Source of the DNA: Macrostomum hystrix
Lineage: Eukaryota; Animalia; Platyhelminthes
DNA: 64,000 nt
Assembly (NCBI GenBank): GCA_950097015.1
Contig: CATNEN010000038.1
Location: 11,904,001-11,968,000 of the forward strand
Direction: 5' to 3'
The stretch's first letter is position 1, and each line of letters begins with the position of its first letter. Both the position numbers and the translations under genes were made by a program. This document shows positions 38,146-49,680 of this stretch, piece by piece. The notes under the pieces were generated by a model, which did not search any database, was not told where the DNA came from, and worked only from the letters and a program-made list of their open reading frames with translations.

Positions 38146-40767
38146 TCAGACCGAAAGTGATCTCTGAAGTACATTTCTATGTTTTTCAGCACTTAGATTG
38201 TGTGCCACTTGAATCGATGACTGAATCATGGTCTCTTTTACGGCTAAAGATTTCAGTGTTGAAGTGACGTCACGTAGCTCCCAAGTTACATAACTGGTCT
38301 CAGGTTCGGGCTGCACTTTGCCAGTAGTTCGCTGCCAAACACGCGCCTGCAGTCGGAGTGTTGACAGGTAGACAAGCTGAAAAACTAGTTCTACCATCTC
38401 CAAAAGGGTAATGGTCGAGACGCCAACCCAAAGACCTGAAACATCAAGTTCTTCATTCTTTTTTTGTTGCGCTAATCTTAGCATGCATACTCGTGAAACT
38501 CACCAAGAATGCCGCCCAAATCGGAGAACAAATTACGCAATTGGTAGGCGAACGACTCAGTGAAGACGCTGACTTTCAGAGATTTCGGGTATAAATCAAT
38601 GACGCTGATGTACTTCTCAGTGATAGCAAATGAGGCGAAATTATACAAATCCCACAGCCGTGTAGTTGAAAAAGAAGTTCCAGAAATCTGATTAATTACT
38701 TCGCTAGTGTAAGCCCTCAGAGCCACCTCGGCAAGTGAGGCATCTCGAGGCCAGGTTGCCAGGCTAGTGGTGACACTGTAGCGGGTGTTGCTGCAGCGGA
38801 CCGCGCACCGACTTGCCGACACGCCCTGCGTCTTCTGGCGCTGGAGGACGCGATTGAAGCACTTGACGCGCTCAGCCACGATGCGGTACACATCCCATTT
38901 CTTCAACAAGTATTCAGTCAGGGTGATATTTATCCAACTTCGGTTTGTTATTACATACTCGATCAAGCCCAAACCGTTTGTTTGGTAGTTGATATCGAAA
39001 AAGTATACCTGCAATGAAACATTTTGCTTTAAATAAAAGTTGCTTTTTGCTCGCCATAAATAGCCCGACTTGATTTAAGTTCTAAAATATAAAATCCATG
39101 ACCCATGATCCAAAAAACTTTCGTCACACATTTTTTCTGAAAGGACTCCCTCCCGGAGAAGCATTCTAACTAATTTATAGTCTCACCTCCTCTGGCAGCT
39201 GGTGGCACACTCCGGTGTCGTTCATGAGGTCGCTGGGCAGCGCCAGGTGTGTCCCCAAGCAGCCGCAGGTATTCTTGAACTCCTCCTGCATGATTCGCGT
39301 CACGCAATCCTGTGTGCTGCCGAAGAAGCTCTGGTTCTCGAAGTGCCCAGGGTAGGAGAAGTTCATTGTGTAGGTCACATTCGGTAAATTATCGCTGCAT
39401 GGTGTGCTGGCACGATTGACCTTTGTGTCAGTCTGGACAGTCACTTGAGCCGATGTCTTGTAGCCGTACAGGGCAGTGAAGCCCGACCTCATGTCTGGCT
39501 TGAAACCTGTCGTTGATTCGATTAACATGAGAATCAGTGCTCAGCAAGCATTTACTCGACGAAAAGAGAACGCAGAAAAATTTCATCGAAGGTGCCTGAA
39601 CACTACCTTTTTCGTGGAGAGCGACACGAAAGCCGGGCACATTGTCAACCAGCTCCGCGTTGGTCAGAAATGAATAGCCGTAGTTGTAGAGCATCAGGTA
39701 GAGCCCGTTGCCTTCGCCAGGTTGAGCTAAGGTTCTATTGGACGGATTGAACGACATGCACAGAAACCTGCAAGATTGAGCACGAATAGCTATCACTTCT
39801 CATTTGCATGTTCAGCGTGATGTATAAAGCACTTTCTGTTTGACTTTTCTGTTAAAACTCGTGCCTAATGTTGATCAGTATCTAGTTTGTTTCAGTTTGA
39901 GTTTGTATACGTCTTTCTATTATTTTATTCGTCAGATTATTTTAAGAAAGAGCTGGTTTCATCAATTTCAGAAACACGCTCTCACCCCTCCTCGTCCTTG
40001 TAGACGGTGAAGTTGTGAAACAAACATGGCTCGGAGTTGTAGCGGCAGAGGACGACAGTCTCGTACGGCAGCTGGAACAGGACTCCACGGTAAGCGAGAG
40101 ACCTCAGACCGAGTTTGCCGTCGTAGTACGAGTTAAAATCCTCGTAAGGCATTGAAACATTCCAGTTGTCCAGCTTCAGCTGGTAGAACAGAAGAGCATC
40201 ATCAAAGATCATGTTGTTCAGGGTCCGGGGATGGCCTAGAAGACGAAATTAATTTGAAAGCTTATGCACCAAAGACTCGTGTAATCGCGCCGACTCTAAA
40301 ACCTAAAACCTGAGCCGTATGAGTATAAGCCGTAAGAGCTGCATTGAGCTGCATGTGCTCGATGAGCTCTCGTAAGCGGATTTTTCTTTCAAAAAATTGA
40401 ATTCTGATGTTTTCTCACCTGGGACAGTATAATTGCTGGAAATAGCCGGTGTATCATAAACAATGAAATAGGTCGGGCAAATGGTGACAGTCGGGAACTG
40501 GAAGTCGGCACCCTCGCTCGAGAACTCGGTGCTCACGGGGTAGGTGAGGTAGCGCTCCGCGAGTTCTCTCAGGTGCATGGAAAATCCAACGACGGCTCCC
40601 ACGATGATGGCCCCCCAGATGCAGCGGCTGACCAAGGAGCCCTGGCTCAGGTGCATGATTCCGTGCGCTGAGGTGTGCTCAGCGAATGAGACCAGCGCTT
40701 TCTCGCGTAGGTCCCGCAGCAGGGAATCTGGCCGCTGCTTCTCCTTCTCTTCGCTCTGCCCCGACAT
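38146..40767 (-). CDS. DEG/ENaC channel subunit B, 624 aa
   Basis: Exons 40767-40419, 40235-39986, 39767-39607, 39506-39187, 39008-38504, 38435-38146 (1875 nt, all GT-AG); same motifs as A. Confidence 0.94.
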
Positions 40768-41904
40768 CCGATCGTCTCCTTGGTGTTTCGGAGCAGAGAA
40801 CTGATGTTTCTGAGCTTTTCTGCTTGTGTTGCTATCCTTTAAGAGTCTTTTTGGATTGAACAGCAGAAGCTAAATATCTTTTTATGGCTCTTTCTGGCCT
40901 GTGGCTCCGCTTTGAGCTGCCATTGGAAATGGCTGCATTGTTGCTATGCAAAGCTATTCTCACCCTTAACTCCCAATAGGCATTGCGGACTGTCCATGCC
41001 GGTAGTGTTTGGTGGGCTGGAAATCGAGATTGTTTCTACTCTGTCCTGATTATCTCCAAGCGGCTTTGGGGGGAGGCCCGAAGCTAAGGTAATTAGCCGC
41101 TTAATTATGCATGATGCACCCCTGTGCGTTTAATAAGCACAGCTTTTTGCTTAATTACTTTTATTAATCAGTTGATATTGATCTGGAGTTATTAGCTACG
41201 AGCGTAAAAACTTCTGGATGGTAAAATTATAAATCAATTTAATTTGCTTCAACTTTTGTGTCTAAATAACTTGGAGATTGGAAATATAAGTTTATTCCAT
41301 TTTATAAGCGAAAAAATACGACAAAAAATAAAAACAAGAACAAAGTTTCACTTTATGTTCTTCCTTCTTTATTTATGGGTTTCTAAAATTAGTTTTTATT
41401 TTACTGAGCACAGACCTGTCGGTGAACACGTGTGCTAGACAAATTTTGTGATTAAGCGGTCTGCTATAGGCTTGTGAGTTCACACAAGCTTTTTTCATTT
41501 CTCTAATTGCAACGGAGTCTGCTGCTGTGGCTGTGACCACCACCAGGTGAATAGCTTGTGCACCAGTGGCATACTCAGTAGTTTGTACTCACAATGGCTG
41601 GCGGCGATGAGGGACATTGACGTAACTTTGAAGCCAAATCAATTTGTTGTGTAAAGCCAGCGTTTGGTACAGGAACCTTTTTTCTTATTTTGTCATTTCG
41701 TATGGCTCTGTAAACAGCATAACTCATATAAAGAGCATTGCAAACGATGATAAAACTATTTATAGTAAGCATTTTTAAGTAGTAAGTAACGCATTTTTTA
41801 CATTGAAGATAAATATTTGTTAGTCTTAAATTCTTAAATTCTCTGTAGCAAGGCTTTTTCTAAAATTTAATGCATTTTGCTGACGATAATACTAAATAAA
41901 TAAA

Positions 41905-42277
41905 TAATTATATTTAATAACACTTGCAGAAGGGTTGCAGGCAATGGCACATCATTTGGTGACATTTGACCTGCAGCCAGGGAGGAGGCAATTGTGCTCA
42001 TTTCGCTGACTCCTGAGCACACGCGCATACAGGTACAATACGCAAACACACGCTCACACAGGTGTGTACGAGTACATCTGCCCTGACTTTTTGATCGTCA
42101 GACAGTGTAAACTTAACTGTGCCTTGGAGGTCGGCCCTCAGGGCGTAAATTGCACGACAAGCCCCCAAGCCTTCTCTCCGCGTCTGCGCCCCAATTTGAT
42201 GTGGCCTCACCGCGGAATCGAGCTCAAGGACATTAGTGCAAGTGGCAGTCGTGTTAACCGCTCTGCCACGCACCCCC
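41905..42277 (-). mobile_element. SINE family B, full-length copy
   Basis: Reverse complement matches 32056-32398 and 57561-57908. Confidence 0.85.
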
Positions 42278-42535
42278 TTTTTGCTGACCATATACTTACT
42301 CCTATACTCAGTGTCTATGACTTGCAAGTCAGACTCTGCTAAGCATTTTAGCGAAGAAGTCAATCGTTTTTATGTAAACTGCAATGGACCAGCGCACTTT
42401 TTGTATAAAATAACGACAAACTTTGTAAATTCACATGTCACTGTCTACGAGCCTCTAATTAAAATTTAAAGCAAAGATTAATTTCAAAATATGAAATAAA
42501 ACAATCGTCACACACACTTCTGTGAACTAGTGCCA

Positions 42536-45500
42536 TCAGATTCGGTCGAACTCAACTGTTTCTCTTTGAAAGTGGACGTCTGCAACTGTTTCTCTTGATT
42601 TTTCCATCGCCAATGAAATTGACGCCAGAGATTTGTTGCTGGTGAGCCGAGCATCTGACTGCAGTGACGAATCAGGATTGCGGGAGCCTGGCTTCTTAGC
42701 GCCTTCTCGCAGCTTGAAGGCAGACAAGTAGAACAGCTGGCTGAACAGCTCGAACATCTCCATCAGTGTGATGATGGAGACACCGACCCAGAGACCTGAA
42801 GCAGCATAACGGCTTTGAAATGGACTCTCGGAGTATGTTTAAATGGAAAACTACGAGTAAAACAGATTACATCACGTGCGTTTACCAAGAATGCCTCCTA
42901 GGTCAGAGAACAAATTTCGTAGCTCATAGGCGAAAGATTCCCGGAATACGCTCGCCTTGAGAGATTTCGGATAGAGGTCCAAGACGCTGATGTACTTCTT
43001 ACTGATAATGTAGGAAGCGAATCTTTCCAAATCCTGCAGACGTCGAGGAGAGAGGTCAGTTCCAGAGATGCGTCGGATCAGGTCACTGGCGTATGCCTTC
43101 ACTGCCACTTCTGCCAACGGAGCGTCTCGGGGCCAGGTGGCTAGACCGGTGGTCACGCTGTAGCGGGTGTTCTTGCACCGTATTGGGCATCGTTTATCCC
43201 AAACGCCCTGCGTCTTCTGGCGCTGAAGCACTCGGTGGAAGCATTCGACGCGCTGGGCAACGGCTCTGTAGTCACCCCAGTTCTTCAGCAGATACTCAGT
43301 TAGCGTAATATTGACCCAGCTCCTGTTTGTGATAACATACTCCGTCATGTTGTATTCGTTTAGTCGGTAACTTATGTCAAAGAAGAGAACCTGCAACAAT
43401 AACGTTTTTAACGATCTTGACAGATCTTTTTTCATTCAATGTATTGATCAGCTCTCACCTCCTCTGGCAGCTGGTGGCACACTCCGGTTTCGTTCATGAG
43501 GTCGCTGGGCAACGCCAGGTGTGGCCCCAAGCAGCCGCAGGTATTCTTGAACTCCTCCTGCATGATTCGCGTCACGCAGTCCTGTGTGCTGCCGAAGAAG
43601 CTCTGGTTCTCGAAGTGCCCAGGGTAGGAGAAATTCACGGTGTAGGTCGCGTTCGGGAGCTCCGCGCTGCAAGGCGCAGCAGAGCGGTCGACCTTTGTGT
43701 CAGTCTGGACGGCAACTTGAGCCGATGTTTTGTAGCCGTACGGAGCAGTGAAGCCGGACTTCATGTCTGGCTTGAAACCTTTATTAAAATCGATGTGTTT
43801 GTGATCAGCTCTAATTATTGAAAAAAAATTGGTTGTTATTTTTTTAACTAGAAATGGGGGTTAGAGGTAACGCGTTTACCTCTCACACCAAGGTCCATGA
43901 GCTCGATTCTGTGGCGAGGCCACATTCATTTTGGTGCAGCCGCGGAGAGAAGGCTTGGGGGCTTGTTTTGCAATATACTCCCTAGAGGGTCAACCTCCAA
44001 GGCAAAGTGAATATTTACACTGCCTGACGATGAAAAAGTCAGGGCAGAGTACATACCGGTGGTAGTCTGTGCCTGCGTACGGTATCAGTGTGCGTATGTG
44101 CTCAGGAGTCAGCGAAATGGGCAGAATTGCCTCCTCGCTGGCTGTGGGTCTAGTGTGACCAATAATCTGCCGTTCCCTGCGGCTCTCCTGCAATTATTAC
44201 TATAAATATTTATTATATTAGAAACTGATAGATTAATGCTTCAACGATCCGTCAACAAGGGGCGAATGTGGTTGAAAAACGGCCTGTTTGAGCAAATACC
44301 CGTAGTATCAGTTTTTGTTTCGGTTTCGTTTGCAAGAGATTTTTTTGTTTTTGGTATCTTTAGAACTTGCTTGTCAAATAGTTTAGGAATTTGCTTTTTC
44401 ACAGTGTTATTCGAACGCGGGTAATGGTCAATCAATGAAGTTCTTAAGGCCTATTTTAGAGTTTCTCTTTCAAGCAGTGTAGGGCTGTAGGCGAGCTTTG
44501 TACGCGCTGTTAAAATTACTCTAATTACCATTTTCATGTAGCGCAACACGAAATCCTGGCACATTGTCAATCAGCTCCGCATTTGTGAGAAAAGAGTAGC
44601 CGTAGTTATAGAGCACCAGGTAGAGTCCGTTGCCTTCGCCGGCCTGAGCGAGAGTCCGATTGGTTGGGTTGAAGGACATACACATGAATCTGAAAACGTT
44701 TCGTTTTATGCGTTTTTGTGATTTTGTCATACAAGCTGGCGCAAGCAAAAAACAATAATTAATAAATTTAAGTATTTAAGGCACTTAAACTAATCGAAAT
44801 TCATCTCACCTTTCCTCGTCCTTGTAGATGGTGAAGTTGAGAAACGAACATGGCTCGGAGTTGTAGCGACACAAAATGACGGTCTCGTACGGCAGCTGGA
44901 ACAGGACTCCACGGTAAGCGAGAGACCTCAGACCGAGTTTGCCGTCGTAGTACGAGTTAAAATCCTCGTAAGGCATTGAAACATTCCAGTTGTCCAGCTT
45001 CAGCTGGTAGAACAGAAGAGCATCATCAAAGATCATGCTATTCAAGGTCCGTTGATGGCCTATGAGTAATTTTCGAATGCAAAAACTGATCAACGGAAAA
45101 CTAGTAGGATATGCATGTACTTGTAAGGCTCTTCGAAACAAGGCTCTAAAAAACCGAATAGCTTTGGCCATGTTTAGATTTTTCAAGACGACGAGCACTT
45201 TTCCAGCCGCAATGTTTTTCATTTATGCGAAGATATCGTTTCGGTGTTCCTAATAACTCTCAACTGATCTTCAACCACCAAAATAGTATGCTGAAAACTG
45301 CCTATGAACGAATAATAAGAATGACAAAGATTTATTAATTATTCACCTGGAACTGAATAATTGCTCTCAATCACGGGAGTATCATACATAATGAAGTAGG
45401 TCGGGCAGATGGTCACTGTCGGGAACTGGAAGTCAGCGCCCTCGCTGGAGAACTCAGTGCTCACCGGGTAGGTGAGGTAGCGCTGCGCGAGCGATCCCAG

Positions 45501-45698
45501 GTGTAGGCAGAACCCAATGATGGCGCCCAAGATTACCGCGCCCCAGAAGAGGCGGGTGAACCAAGAACCCCGCGTCAGGTGCATGACACCGTGGGCGGAG
45601 GTGTTCTCGGCGAACGATACTAAGGTTTTCTCGTGTAGTTCCCGCAGGACTCCCTGCTGATGCTGCTGCTGCTGCTGCTGCTGCTGTATGGTTGACAT
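42536..45698 (-). CDS. DEG/ENaC channel subunit C, 615 aa, N-terminal poly-Q
   Basis: Exons 45698-45347, 45059-44810, 44689-44529, 43778-43459, 43390-42886, 42795-42536 (1848 nt); FAENTSAHG, FPTVTIC, SDLGGILGLWVGVS. Confidence 0.94.
43856..44215 (+). mobile_element. SINE family B, in intron 3 of channel C
   Basis: Same body and AT-rich tail as the other B copies. Confidence 0.85.
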
Positions 45699-46424
45699 CT
45701 TCTTGCCTGGACTCCTGTAATATTATTGCTTCAATAAGTGTTGAACCTGTGACTGCTTTACAACTAGAGCTACGAGAGGTGGGGCGAGCGGTGCCTAAAA
45801 TAAATAAATAGACAGGCTCCACCCAACTTTATATGAATATTTCTGTTGTTATTTTCAGTTGCAGACGTAAACAAGCCTCATACGGTGCATTTTATACAAG
45901 GTATTTTGTTACCTAGTCTTGTTTTGGACCATACCAATTAGAAAAAACTGATAACTAACTCTCGCTGTACTCTCCATTGTGTTCTAAAACTGCATCTCGA
46001 TGGCTCATAACTTTCTTTTGAAATGTGCAACGTTTGTGAGTTGGAGATGCAATTTCAAAATGCGAGTGCTCTCGAATAGGTTTACAGTCTTCTGCAGGGA
46101 CATGCTGATGTGTTTAAAGCTATCGATCCTTAAGATTAACTCACCCTGTGTTTAATTAGACTGTAACTGTACGTAAGTTGACTAGACTGACTAGACTTTA
46201 TCCCTGAGAGATTGAGGTAAACTAGAGCACTGAAACCGCCTCTTAAATATCTATAATCATTTTTATGGCGGAACCAGTTCAATAGTGGAAATACCTGGGA
46301 TTTCGCTTTAACTCGAAGGGGACAGTCGATAACCACGCCATAGAAGTTAGCAAAATATGTGGCTACCCAATAATGTTTCTTAGGAAGTTGCAGGATTCCG
46401 AACAGTCAAATTTAAGTAGCTAAT

Positions 46425-46480
46425 GCTGTTCTGCACAGCCATGATAGAAAGCATAGTCCTGTATGCCTCAGAGGCCTGGG
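46425..46480 (+). mobile_element. Tiny RTE RT-thumb remnant
   Basis: Translates LFCTAMIESIVLYASEAW, compared with LFQAVVETVLTYNAETW in the 23785 ORF. Confidence 0.45.
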
Positions 46481-46777
46481 CGCCTTTGTTTCCTGGAACT
46501 TGGGACCCTGGGATCGAGGCTTAATAGAGAGAATTAACTTTACGAACTTTAAGGCCCTAAATACTACAGCTCAGTCACAATACTGACAGCAATGGGGCCC
46601 GATCAGAACTTGGTAGACTTCCTCTATTGTAGGATATACAGAAAAGAAGATTCCAGTTCTGGTCATCCCTATCTCATCGCCCAGACTCCATTATATCTAA
46701 GCTTATACGGGACCCGGAATACAGCGAAGTAGGCATTGCAACAAATATGAGAAGTGTTGTACTGCACAAGCCTGCTT

Positions 46778-47122
46778 TAGCCTGCTGAAGCTGCGTTAGC
46801 CTGCGTTAGCCTGCTGAAGCTGCGTTAGCCTGCGTTAGCCTGCTGAAGCTGCGTTAGCCTGCTGAAGCTGCGTTAGCCTGCTGAAGCTGCGTTAGCCTGC
46901 GTTAGCCTGCTGAAGCTGCGTTAGCCTGCTGAAGCTGCGTTAGCCTGCGTTAGCCTGCTGAAGCTGCGTTAGCCTGCTGAAGCTGCGTTAGCCTGCTGAA
47001 GCTGCGTTAGCCTGCTGAAGCTGCGTTAGCCTGCTGAAGCTGCGTTAGCCTGCTGAAGCTGCGTTAGCCTGCTGAAGCTGCGTTAGCCTGCGTTAGCCTG
47101 CTGAAGCTGCGTTAGCCTGCTG
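46778..47122. repeat. 19-bp minisatellite (CCTGCTGAAGCTGCGTTAG)n with interspersed 10-bp (CCTGCGTTAG) units
   Basis: Directly visible. Confidence 0.95.
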
Positions 47123-47146
47123 CTAACGCTGCATGCAGGCACCCTA

Positions 47147-47313
47147 CCGGCGCGACCAGGCCCGAACTCGGCGTTTCGTCGACTGCCTGCTGGCCGATGC
47201 TGGCGCCCCGGACACTGCCGGCGGTGCGGCCTTTGTTCGCGCCCAGGCTCTGAAGCGTGCACTGTGACGCTGCCTTTTCCACCTGACAGCGTACTTTGTT
47301 GTTGTTGTTGTTG
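47147..47313 (+). mobile_element. Very short RTE LINE 3' end with (GTT)n tail
   Basis: RRDQARTRRFVDCLLADAGAPDTAGGAAFVRAQALKRAL* followed by (GTT)5. Confidence 0.85.
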
Positions 47314-47469
47314 TACTGCAAAACTGTTCTCTGAGCTCAAAGACAAATTTAGTTAAAATTTCGCAGGGAAAACTTCTAATGTGATTTCCTAGGACACTGG
47401 TCGTATGATTCATTTCAATCCATCCGATTTGAAGTTATTTTTTCAACCTTACTATGGTTACTATTGTTA

Positions 47470-47667
47470 TATTCGAATAATAGGGAATAATAATTCCCTA
47501 ATTCCCTAATTCCCTAATTCCCTAATTCGAATAATAATTCGAAAAATTCGAATAATAATTTAATTCGAATAATTCGAATAATAATAATCGAATAATATTC
47601 GAATAATCGAATAATAATATTCGAATAATTCGAAAATTCGAATAATATATTCGAATAATTCGAATAC
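47470..47667. repeat. AT-rich repeat of the palindromic TATTCGAATA motif plus (CCCTAATT)4
   Basis: More than 10 TTCGAA cores; the repeat resumes at ~48331 after the LINE insertion. Confidence 0.85.
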
Positions 47668-48331
47668 TGCCGTGACCCGAGCGGGCAGGTGGCGCTGCTA
47701 CCTCGCTGCACGGAGTTTTTGTACCTAAGCGGCCTGGTTCCGAGCGTGCAGGGCGACATCGCACGGCGCAGAGCTCTGGCCTGGGGAGCCTTCCGCTCCT
47801 TGCGAACTGTGCTGCAGCTGTGCCCCGCGCTTCCAAACCGGTTGAGGGGGCGGTTGTTTCAGGCCGTGATTGAAACCGTGCTCTTGTACAACGCCCACAC
47901 GTGGACCCTGACCAGCTCGCAGGAGCGGCAGTTGGACGCCGCACACGCAGCTCTCCTGCGCGCCGCCTTCGGGATCCACTACTCGCCGAACACCGCCATC
48001 ATTGTCACCAACGATGAATTGTACCGCCGAGCCCAGCTCCGTCGACCAAGCCAGCTACTGCGATCCCGGCGCCTGCAGCTGGCCGGACACGTCTTTCGAG
48101 CGGAGCAGCGCTGCCCAGAGCCCCTGCAGGATGTACTGTTGCTTTCCCTGCAGGGACCGCGGCGGGGTGGCCAGGCGAGGACAGTGCGCTACGACCTGCT
48201 TCTGTCGGACGCTGGCATCTCCGACCCCCGTGGAGTGACAATTCTGCGAAACGCTGCGCTTGCGCGCGCATTTTGACAGTTACCCACCTTCGGCACCGCC
48301 GGGGTAGCTGTAGTTTGTTGTTTGTTGTTGT
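47668..48331 (+). mobile_element. 5'-truncated RTE LINE 3' fragment
   Basis: ORF 47689-48276 (FLYLSGLVP..LFQAVIETVLLYNAHTWTL..LQLAGHVFR) is homologous to the 23785 ORF; (GTT)n tail. Confidence 0.92.
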
Positions 48332-48870
48332 TATTCGAATAATATTTAACTTAATCGAAGAACTATTCACTAAACATAAAAAATCAGCACCCTGTCAGGA
48401 GCGCACAAAATAATAGTCGTAATAATAATAATAATTATTATAAATATGCTGAGTACTTGAAGTATGCTTGGAGCAAGAAAACATATTTACTCTCTTATCT
48501 CTTCTATCTTGAACTGTAGCGAAAACACCAAAACATAGGTGGGTTAGGAATCAGAAAAATGCCTTGCTCAGACAAGGCCTCACAAAGTTAGTTAGAATTA
48601 TTCCATTGTTCACCGCTTGGAGGGGTCTAAATTGCTTCGAATGCCAACATTCACGCATTCTATTATTAGACTTTAGCACCAGCTCACAAACAAGATTGAC
48701 TGGAGAACATGGTTATTATATGGACAATTCACGGTCATAAGTGCTGTCAAAAACTAGGCTGTAAAAACCGCTGGTTATTTACCGTAGTTATTAACTATAA
48801 GTAAACTACTCATATGCAAGAAATCTTTTTGAAAATTTGAAAATAACATTTTGCTTTTTTGGGGATACAG

Positions 48871-49145
48871 AATTGGGTCAGATGCGCAGCCGACAGCACA
48901 GCCGCAGCTAATGCGCGGCGCATCTAAAGGTTGCGTACTGCTGTTCAGTCCACGGACTGGGGGACGCCACACCCACCTTCAATTATCCCAGCTGATGCTG
49001 GTACCCATTTAACAGCTGGGTGAACTGAAGCAATGCAGAGTTAAGTGACTTGCTAAAGGACACAAATTGTTCCAGTGGAGTCGAGAATCGAACCCCCGAC
49101 CTTCAAGTCGTGAGTCCGACGCCCTAACCACTAGGCTACAACCTC
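48871..49145 (-). mobile_element. SINE family A (CORE-like)
   Basis: Reverse complement is near-identical to 3646-3925. Confidence 0.9.
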
Positions 49146-49680
49146 TGGGGTTAAAAAACTAACTTTCTACCATCGAACATCTAAAATCTGCCTTTTACAT
49201 TCTTCTACCATCTGCCCAACAATCTACTGCTTTTGTTCTGCCATTTGCCATTAACTATCTACCATCTACCATCAACTATCTACCACCTGCCAACAACTAA
49301 TCTACCACCTGCCAACAACTATCTACCACCTGCTAAAGCACTGAAACAATTGAATGATTATAAATAGAACTGGCATGTGACATTTTTCGCACTTCACTAT
49401 ATATCGTTCTAGTGAAGCGGGACAACCGGCTGCTTGTATAAGCGAGCGCGACTTACGACCTGCTGAGACAGCAGCGCCTGGAAAGGTAATCAGAGCTGAA
49501 GCCCACTGCCGTGAGCCACTGAAGGCCGGCATGTTGGTTTCAGTTTCATTAGAACAACTTTCAATGCACTTTTCTTCGAATAAGGACAAAAATGTGCACT
49601 TTGTCACTATAATTAGCAGATCCCGATCTTGACTCTTGGCAGTTAAAACGTCAATATTCCAAATTTCCAATTAAGTCGTA

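Noticed and set aside
44129-44142. GCCTCCTCGCTGGC in SINE B matches the HDV ribozyme P3/L3 core; CTGACGA..CGAAA also suggested a hammerhead
   Set aside because: No 7-bp P1 or consistent P4/stem III across copies, and the segment has an alternative long-range partner within the SINE. An Infernal search with HDV-like and hammerhead models on the consensus would settle it.
47495-47527. Interstitial telomere
   Set aside because: Only four 8-bp CCCTAATT units, not TTAGGG hexamer repeats; likely slippage within the AT-rich repeat.
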